A model generated the notes under the pieces. The model saw only the letters and a program-made list of their open reading frames with translations, was not told the origin of the DNA and did no database searches. The translations under genes were made by a program, and so were the position numbers. Positions 56,222-64,000 of a stretch of DNA of 64,000 bases are shown piece after piece (within the stretch, counting starts at the first letter, position 1; the number at the start of each line of letters is the position of its first letter). The stretch is from assembly GCA_002104945.1 (NCBI GenBank), contig MCFH01000002.1:1897625-1961624 (forward strand), given 5' to 3'. This stretch comes from Piromyces finnis finn (taxonomy: Eukaryota > Fungi > Neocallimastigomycota).

Positions 56222-56318
56222 TGGTCCTCCTCCAGGATTCGGATACCAGACGAATCAACTAAATTTATTTGTTACTTTATTATAAAAGAGATAATTGAAA
56301 CGAGTGAATACATTTTGA

Positions 56319-56357
<39 letters not shown>

Positions 56358-56461
56358 TGAATATTAAATTATAAATATATTTTTTCATTTTCTATTTTCT
56401 ATTTTCTATTCTCTTTTTCTCTTATCAATTACTAATTTTTTTTTTAAATTAATAACTATTA

Positions 56462-58902
56462 CTAATGTGAATTATTAAAGTTTTTAATTAGTTCATCGCA
56501 GTTTAAATTACTTTCAGGTTCCCAAGATGCTTCTGAAAGCGGATAACCTTTCCATTTTATTAGATATTGAATCTTCCCATAATGCTTTCTTTTATCAAGT
56601 ATTTCTTCTACTTCGTATTCTTCTTCTTCATTTACTATTATAGGTGGAGGTGGATCTTTGATTCTTCCAAAACTATCTTCATAATACGGTTCTAGGTTTG
56701 AAACATGAACAATTGGGTAAATCTTCAGCGATTTTGGTAATTCTAATTTATAAGTGAGATTAGAGATTTTACTAATTATCCTAAACGGGCCAAGTTTCCT
56801 AGGATTAAATTTTTTATTTCCTTTATGAATTATCAAGGAGCTATCCAACCATACTTTGTCACCAGTCTTGAATGTCGGAGGTTCTTGTCTATACTTGTCG
56901 GCATATTTCTTTTGAACTTGGATGGCCTTCTTTAAGTTTTCTTTTAGTTTCTCCATTAGGTCTTCAAAGTCTCTTGTAAACTCTTCAGCTCTTGGAACAT
57001 TCGTTTGGTCAGGAATTACCGGAGAGTATTTTGGGTGATAACCATAATTTAGGAAGAATGGTGAGAATTTTGTTGAGTCTTGAACAGCATTATTGTAACT
57101 GAATTCTGCCAATGGAAGAAAGTTGATCCAGTTTGTTCCTTTATAATTAGAAAAGCATCTTAAATATTGTTCAACAACGGAGTTTACCCTCTCCGTTTGG
57201 CCATTGGATTGATGATGATATGGTGAAGAATATTTAACATTGACGTCCAAAGATTGACAAATAGATTTCCAAAATTTCGAAGTGAATTGCGCGCCTCTAT
57301 CGGAAATAATTTCAGAGGGGAGACCGTGAATTTTGAAAATATAATTCAAAAAAGCAAAAGCAGTATCAGAAGCAGAAGGAATACCTTTAAAGGGAATGAG
57401 GTGGCACATTTTAGTAAGGCGGTCAACTACAACAAGAATAGTGTTAAATCCATCCGAAGGAGGGAGGTCAGTAATGAAATCCATAGAAATAGAAGCCCAA
57501 GGATGGTCACTAATCTCAAGGGGTTGAAGTAAACCATATGGTTTATGACGAGAAGGCTTGGAGCGGCAACAAATCTCGCAAGATCGGATATAATTCTTAA
57601 CATCAATAGAAATGGATGGCCACCAAAAGTCACGAGAGATCAAAGAAATAGTTTTGCGGATACCAAAATGACCGGCAGAGGGGGAATCATGACAGAGTTT
57701 CAAAACGGAGGGACGGCATTTTAAAGGGACATAGATTCTACTATCAAAAAGAAGAAAACTATTACTAAGGGAGAATTTATTACTTTGTGGATGTGGAGCT
57801 GGGAGATTCTTATTTTCAAGAAAATTGCAAATGTCAATGTAAAAAGAGTCGTTCACATATTCAGATAATATTTCATCATTAAGAGAAGAAATGGAACAAA
57901 TCAAAGCGCAGAAATTCTCAGGGCGTAAAACCGAAAAAGGAGCATCAGAAGGAAGAGAGGAATCCATATAATCAGGTCTTCGTGAAAGCGCATCAGGTTT
58001 ACCATTAGATGAACCAGAGCGGTAGAGAATTTTAAAGTTAAATTCGGAAAGGAAAAGGGCCCAACGAACAAGACGTTGTGACATTTTTTCCGGTTTCTTT
58101 TGATATAGTAAGTTTCGATGATCTGAATAAATAGTAAACGGGGTTAAAGCACCTTTGAGAAAATGTCGCCAAGTTTCAAGAGCATTAACAATAGCTAAAA
58201 GTTCTTTATCGTATATAGGATAGTTTCTTTCAGCGGAAGTAAGAGATCTTGAATAGAAAGCGACAGGATGGATCATTTTATCATCAGGAGATTTTTGAGA
58301 CAGAACTGCTCCTATAGCAAAGTTGCTAGAGTCGGTTTCAACAATAAAGGGAAGATCACGATTTGGGTGAGACAGGATGGGAGCAGATGAAATTAATGAT
58401 TTAATGGTATTAAATGCATCAAGAGCTTCAGAGGAAAAATCAAATTTAACGTTTTTACGAAGTAGTCTGTGAAGGGGTTGTGCAACTTTGGCAAAATTAG
58501 GAATAAACCGACGATAGTAGTTGGCTAGGCCAATAAAAGATTGAACTTCCTTGACACTGGACGGAACTGGCCAATTAATAATAGCAGAAACTTTATTGGG
58601 GTCCATATGTATACCTTCAGAGGATATCCGATGACCAAGGAAATCAATAGAGGAAACAAAGAATTCACACTTTTCAAGCTTAGCATAAAGACCAGCATTT
58701 CTTAAGCGATCCAGGACTTCGATAACGTGCTTAATGTGGGATTTATGGTTTTCAGAAAAAATAATTAAATCGTCAATATATGAATAAACAAAAATCCCTA
58801 GAATATTTTCCAGAACATCATTGATAAAATGCTGAAAAACAGCCGGGGCGTTTTTCAGTCCGAATGGCATTACCAGGTATTCAAAGTGGCCGAATTTGCA
58901 GG
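56462..58902 (-). pseudogene. pol: Element L pol, 5'-truncated inside RT by element E (RT C-half, RNase H, integrase, canonical chromodomain)
   Basis: It runs from [16 protein letters not shown] through YIDDLII to [18 protein letters not shown]. The E LTR starts at 58903. Confidence 0.93.
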
Positions 58903-59628
58903 TGTAAAGATATAAAGTATATCTTTAAATTATTTAATAATTAATTAATAATTATTGAATAATAATTTTGATATTTTAATGAAAAAATTGTTTATAAAAT
59001 TTATTGTATAAATTTTATGGAATAATTAAATAAATATTAATTTTAAAATATCAAAGTTAGAAATGAAATTTGGATAAATATTTAAATTAATGGATAATTA
59101 AATTTAAATATTTTAAATATTCAAATTAAATCTTAAAAAGTTTTTATTTAATTAAAATTAGTTTAATAACTTTAGCGTAGTTTTAAATTAGCATTTTTAA
59201 TTATAAATATATAATAAATAGTATTATTAATATTTAATTAATATATAGGTAATACATGGACTGTATTCAATTTGCAGTTTACTCAAATTGAATCAAAAGT
59301 GTATTTAATTAGTTTTAGTTTAGTTTTATTATTTTATTATTTAATTAAATTAGTATTAAATTAGTTTTGTTTATTTTATATTGAATATATGTATAATTAA
59401 ATAGAATAGTATATTAAAATATAATTTACGAAAAATATAAATGCATGTAAAATTTCTTGATTAAAACGATGTAATTGTTATTGACTATTATTTAGTTAAT
59501 AACTAAATAAAATTAATAAAAGAGATATTTTTTTAAATATAATTTATTTTCTTGTTTTTTCTTTATTTTGTGTTGTTGTTTTATTGTAAAAATTTTATAA
59601 TCTGTTTTACATTTATAAAACTTTTACA
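58903..59628 (+). repeat. 5' LTR of element E (726 bp)
   Basis: It runs tgtaaagatata...aacttttaca. Confidence 0.92.
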
Positions 59629-59639
59629 ATAACAATTAC
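59629..59639 (+). promoter_or_regulatory. Self-priming PBS of element E (ATAACAATTAC)
   Basis: Its complement GTAATTGTTAT lies at 59471-59481. Confidence 0.87.
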
Positions 59640-59714
59640 CTTTTTTTTTTTTATAAAACACGTTATAAAATTTTTTTTTTTTTAATAAAACATATTTAAT
59701 ATTTTTTTTCTTAC

Positions 59715-60311
59715 TTACCGTGTCTTAGGAAATATCTACCTCGTCTAAAAGAATATCTACTGTGTTTTAAAGGCGATCTACCGTGTCTTAGGAAATATCT
59801 ACCGCGTCTAAAGGAATATCTACTGTGTTTTAAAGGCGATCTACCGTGTCTTAGGAAATATCTACCGCGTCTAAAGGAATATCTACTGTGTTTTAAAGGC
59901 GATCTACCGTGTCTTAGGAAATATCTACCGCGTCTAAAGGAATATCTACTGTGTTTTAAAGGCGATCTACCGTGTCTTAGGAAATATCTACCGCGTCTAA
60001 AGGAATATCTACTGTGTTTTAAAGGCGATCTACCGTGTCTTAGGAAATATCTACCGCGTCTAAAGGAATATCTACTGTGTTTTAAAGGCGATCTACCGTG
60101 TCTTAGGAAATATCTACCGCGTCTAAAGGAATATCTACTGTGTTTTAAAGGCGATCTACCGTGTCTTAGGAAATATCTACCGCGTCTAAAGGAATATCTA
60201 CTGTGTTTTAAAGGCGATCTACCGTGTCTTAGGAAATATCTACCGCGTCTAAAGGAATATCTACTGTGTTTTAAAGGCGATCTACCGTGTCTTAGGAAAT
60301 ATCTACCGCGT
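59715..60311 (+). repeat. 63-bp higher-order tandem repeat (3 x 21 bp) x9.5 in the E leader
   Basis: Units start every 63 bp from 59715 to 60282. Subunits are ctaccgtgtcttaggaaatat, ctaccgcgtctaaaggaatat and ctactgtgttttaaaggcgat. Confidence 0.97.
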
Positions 60312-60386
60312 TTAGATTATTATTTTAGTATCATTCAAGCTTCCAACACTATTTGGTTACTGTATTTAATTTTGTTACTATATTTT

Positions 60387-60437
60387 TAAGAGCTCGTCTA
60401 ACACCGTTTGATAGGATAGAGTTACGACGACATCTTA
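60387..60437 (+). ncRNA. Leader hairpin motif of element E
   Basis: The sequence taaga gc tcgtc taac a ccg tttgata gg ataga gtta c gacga ca tctta has the same loop as the B copies with compensatory stem changes. Confidence 0.7.
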
Positions 60438-60481
60438 ATTAAAATATTGTAAAAAATTAAATAAGTAAAATATTAAGCATA

Positions 60482-63400
60482 TTGGAGGAAATCAACCAAC
60501 TCTTATCTAACCTCCACTTAAACGAAAATATGGACCGTCAAGGGGCGTCTTTGAGGATAGTTAATGATCCTCCAACCTTTTCAGGAAGAAGACAAGAACT
60601 AGATGGGTTCTTGACCAGGGTTGAACTAGCCATTGAAGCCAACCCTGATAGATTTGTTAATGATGAGGCAAGAGTTCGATTCTTAATATCTTACTTTGTT
60701 AACAGACCTTTAGAATGGGCCGCTCGTTTACGACAGAACAACGACGCCATTCTAAGAAACTATGATCAATTTATTGCTGCCCTTCGTACCAATTTCGGAG
60801 ATCCCAATAATGACACAATTGTTGCAAATGGAAGACTTTGCAACATAAAACAAAGAAAGTTTGGCAAAGTGTTTGAATATATTAATGAATTTCAACGCGT
60901 TAGCCAAAACTCTAATTTCAATGAAGCAGCGAAGATATATATGTTCACAAAGGGCCTACATCCAAAAATGCGTGAACATTTAGCAATAGTCAACCCAAAT
61001 CCTACTCAGCTAGAGCGTCTCTACTCTGATGTCCTTAGCATAGAAAATCTTACTAAGAGAAATGACATCAGCGAATATTATATGACACACCAAGATAGAA
61101 GAAATTATAATCGTGACGATCCAATGGATGTTGACCTATATTGGATTAGCAAGGGTCAACGAAACGTAAATTACTTCCCATTTCACAGAAGTAATTACGT
61201 TGAACCTTCTACTACTAGATCGGATTTAAAGAAAAAAGGGGTTTGTTTTTCTTGTGGGAAGTCTGGACACATGCAGTTCAATTGTCCAAACAGGAAAAAG
61301 CCTAAGAGTGTTAAGATTATTAAAAGGACTATCTCCGAAGAAGAAGCCAGTTCTTCAACCCCTTCAGTCAAAAGAATTAGACCAACCAAAGATGTTACTG
61401 AGAATGATTCAAACTTATATAAAATACACAAAAGTGAAAAGAAGAACATCATCGATTTTTATATAAAAACAAACGATATGGAAGAAGTGAAAGTCAAAGT
61501 CCTTATTGATTCCGGCTCTGATTTAAATTTTATTCATCCTGAATTTGCGAGAATTAATAACATTAAGCTTTACAATATCAGGAATCCATTTAAGGTTTCT
61601 GGTCTTGGTCAAGGTAATTCCACTGTTAGAAAAGAATCCGAAAAATGTATTCTCCGTTTAAGGAACCATTACGAAGTAATTCAACTGTACTCGTTAAGGA
61701 TTCCCGAAGTCGATGTTATTCTTGGAGTACCTTGGATTGAGAAACATTGTCCAGTTTATTATCATGATTCCTCAAAAATTGCCTTTAGCTCAGGATACTG
61801 TGCTCGACACTGTAATGTAGGCAAAAGGAGAAATAAGGGTACAACCAATATGGATAAGAAATCGATGCCATCATCAAGAAAAGGGAAAGAAGCTGCCTTG
61901 GATAACGAAAATGAACAATCCTCTTGCATTGACCGTGGTTTTTCCGACTATGACAAATCCTTTTGTTGCGACTCCAGTGATGATGAAGAAACATTAAGTA
62001 TTAGAGGCCGTAGAACCTCCGTCAAAACCATTAGTAACCTAGATAGTTTTAATAAAATTAAATTTAGTAATAGTTTAAATAATGATAATAATTGTAATTT
62101 TAAATGTATATGTAATAGCATTAATTGTATTGATGAAAATTTAAATAAAGATAATAATTCGGTCACTGGACCAAAACAGTACTCATTTTCAAAAAACGTG
62201 TGTAATAATAATAATTCTCGTGTATTAAATTCAGTTAGTAACTGTTATGATTTATTTTGTAATATTATTAATAAATGTAAAAGTGAAAGTGATAATTTGA
62301 ATAAAGATAAAAAATCTATTGAAATTCCAAAACAATATTTATTATTTAAAGAGGTTTTTAATGAAAAGAATTGTAATATTTTACCTCCACATCGTGAATA
62401 CGATTGTGAAATCCGATTAAAGGATAATGCTAACTTGTTTTATGGTCCTCTTTATCCTTTAACTGAGGCAGAGAGAGATGAATTAAAAAATTATATCAAT
62501 GAAAATTTAGAAAAAGGTTTCATTAGGAAATCTTCATCTCCTGCCGGAGCACCAGTTTTATTTGTCAAAAAGAAAGATGGGTCATTAAGACTTTGCGTTG
62601 ATTATAGGAAACTTAATGACATGACAATTAGAAATTCATATCCTCTTCCGTTAATTGGTGACTTATTGGATAGAGTGAAAGGTGCAAAATACTTTACTAA
62701 GTTGGACTTAAAGTCTGCTTATAATTTAGTTAGAATCAAAGAGGGTGATGAATACAAAACTGCCTTTAGAACAAGATATGGGCATTTTGAATATCTTGTC
62801 ATGCCTTTTGGTTTAAAGAATGCACCAGCTACGTTTCAACATTTCATAAATGATGTCCTTAGTGATTATTTAGATGATTTTGCTATATCATATATTGATG
62901 ATATTCTAATATATTCAAATAGCCTAGAAGAACATCATGAACATGTTAAAAAAGTATTGAAAAAATTATTAGAAAATAATTTATATGTTAAGTTAGAGAA
63001 GTGTGAGTTTGATGTTTCAGAAACCACTTTCCTTGGTTATGTATTATCCAAAGATGGTCTGAAAATGGATAGAGATAAAGTTAAAGCTATCCTCGACTGG
63101 CCTGTTCCTACAAACGTTAAAGAAGTTCAATCCTTTATTGGATTATGTAATTATTATAGAATTTTTATTAAAGACTTTGCGAAAATTGCTAGTCCTCTAC
63201 ACAAACTTACTAGGAAAAATGTTCCTTTTAATTGGGTTTCTGAGTGTCAAAATGCATTTGTTACACTTAAAAAGGCTTTTACTTCAGCTCCTATCTTAAT
63301 GAACCCTGATAGCAACAAACCTTTTATTGTTGAGACTGACGCTAGTAACTTTGCTGTCGGTGCAATTCTTTCACAAGAATTTGAAGGGCAATTGCACCCT

Positions 63401-63982
63401 ATTGCTTTTATTTCATCTAGCTTAACCAAGTCTCAAAGGAACTATCAAATTTATGATAAAGAGTTGCTCGCTATCAAAGTGGCTCTTGAAGAATGGAGGC
63501 ATTATCTGGAAGGTGCAAAGCATCAGTTCATCATTTATACTGATCATAAGAATTTAACCTTTCCAAGAAAGCCTGAGATGCTCTCACAACGACAGATAAG
63601 ATGGTATGAATTTTTATCAAGATTTGATTTTAAGTTAATTTATAGAGCTGGAAAAAAGTCTGGTAAACCTGATTTGTTATCCAGACGTAGTGATCATATC
63701 TGTAATATTTATAATAATGATAGGATTAATGAAAATATTGAATGTAGTAATTTTAGTTGTAATTTTATTTCATGTAATGTAATTAATTCTTTTAATAAAG
63801 ATGATTCTTTAATTAATTCTATTCTATGTTCCTTAAAAAATGATGATTTATATAATAAAGTTTGTGTATTTCTTAATGATAAAAATTCTTCGTCCCCTCC
63901 GATTAGGAATATTAATAAAGTTAAAATTGATAAAGAAGGATTTTTACTTTATGATAATTTAATTTATGTTCCTTCTTCATAA
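60482..63982 (+). CDS. gag-pol: Gag-Pol of element E (CCHC, PR, RT, RNase H); stops at a 1-nt frameshift at the start of integrase
   Basis: Motifs are CFSCGKSGHMQFNC, LIDSGS, YIDDILI and ETDAS. After YVPSS the LRTRVLE motif continues in another frame. Confidence 0.93.
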   Translation: MEEINQLLSNLHLNENMDRQGASLRIVNDPPTFSGRRQELDGFLTRVELAIEANPDRFVNDEARVRFLISYFVNRPLEWAARLRQNNDAILRNYDQFIAALRTNFGDPNNDTIVANGRLCNIKQRKFGKVFEYINEFQRVSQNSNFNEAAKIYMFTKGLHPKMREHLAIVNPNPTQLERLYSDVLSIENLTKRNDISEYYMTHQDRRNYNRDDPMDVDLYWISKGQRNVNYFPFHRSNYVEPSTTRSDLKKKGVCFSCGKSGHMQFNCPNRKKPKSVKIIKRTISEEEASSSTPSVKRIRPTKDVTENDSNLYKIHKSEKKNIIDFYIKTNDMEEVKVKVLIDSGSDLNFIHPEFARINNIKLYNIRNPFKVSGLGQGNSTVRKESEKCILRLRNHYEVIQLYSLRIPEVDVILGVPWIEKHCPVYYHDSSKIAFSSGYCARHCNVGKRRNKGTTNMDKKSMPSSRKGKEAALDNENEQSSCIDRGFSDYDKSFCCDSSDDEETLSIRGRRTSVKTISNLDSFNKIKFSNSLNNDNNCNFKCICNSINCIDENLNKDNNSVTGPKQYSFSKNVCNNNNSRVLNSVSNCYDLFCNIINKCKSESDNLNKDKKSIEIPKQYLLFKEVFNEKNCNILPPHREYDCEIRLKDNANLFYGPLYPLTEAERDELKNYINENLEKGFIRKSSSPAGAPVLFVKKKDGSLRLCVDYRKLNDMTIRNSYPLPLIGDLLDRVKGAKYFTKLDLKSAYNLVRIKEGDEYKTAFRTRYGHFEYLVMPFGLKNAPATFQHFINDVLSDYLDDFAISYIDDILIYSNSLEEHHEHVKKVLKKLLENNLYVKLEKCEFDVSETTFLGYVLSKDGLKMDRDKVKAILDWPVPTNVKEVQSFIGLCNYYRIFIKDFAKIASPLHKLTRKNVPFNWVSECQNAFVTLKKAFTSAPILMNPDSNKPFIVETDASNFAVGAILSQEFEGQLHPIAFISSSLTKSQRNYQIYDKELLAIKVALEEWRHYLEGAKHQFIIYTDHKNLTFPRKPEMLSQRQIRWYEFLSRFDFKLIYRAGKKSGKPDLLSRRSDHICNIYNNDRINENIECSNFSCNFISCNVINSFNKDDSLINSILCSLKNDDLYNKVCVFLNDKNSSSPPIRNINKVKIDKEGFLLYDNLIYVPSS

Positions 63983-64000
63983 GAACTAGGGTCTTAGAAA

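Larger units (their letters stand above)
58903..64000 (+). mobile_element. Ty3/Gypsy element E (continues beyond the window)
   Basis: It has a 5' LTR, PBS, leader array, leader hairpin and gag-pol. Confidence 0.93.

Noticed and set aside
62040-62380. AT-rich Asn/Cys-rich stretch in E pol as a possible intron
   Set aside because: The frame stays open, no convincing splice signals were identified, and a shorter similar linker exists in C.

Overview
This is extremely AT-rich eukaryotic DNA with no recognisable host gene. The whole 64 kb is a deeply nested cluster of Ty3/Gypsy LTR retrotransposons, mostly chromovirus-type. Base composition and element types suggest an anaerobic gut fungus (Neocallimastigomycota), which is an inference. 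I resolve at least eight LTR families. Two elements are intact with near-identical LTRs and target-site duplications (TSDs): F 14604-22145 (TSD AATAT) and J 37867-43997 (TSD AATGA). A third, G, has an intact 1480-aa gag-pol but is interrupted by nested insertions. The rest are truncated, chimeric, decayed or solo LTRs. The signals most worth following up are these. (1) A covarying structured RNA motif sits in the 5' leader just upstream of gag in three lineages and is amplified 7x in one decayed copy. (2) About ten insertion junctions pile up within about 55 bp of polypurine tract (PPT)/U3 boundaries, which carry hairpins. (3) One LTR family contains a tRNA-Gln-like A-box/B-box cassette. (4) An unrelated ORF of about 250-280 codons replaces gag-PR in element K. 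(5) Tf1-like self-priming occurs with six different covarying primer-binding site (PBS)/primer pairs. Also seen are -1 frameshift signals, probable UUG initiation, and an LTR-mediated inversion shown by a split TSD. Element letters are my own labels, and all comparisons were made by eye.
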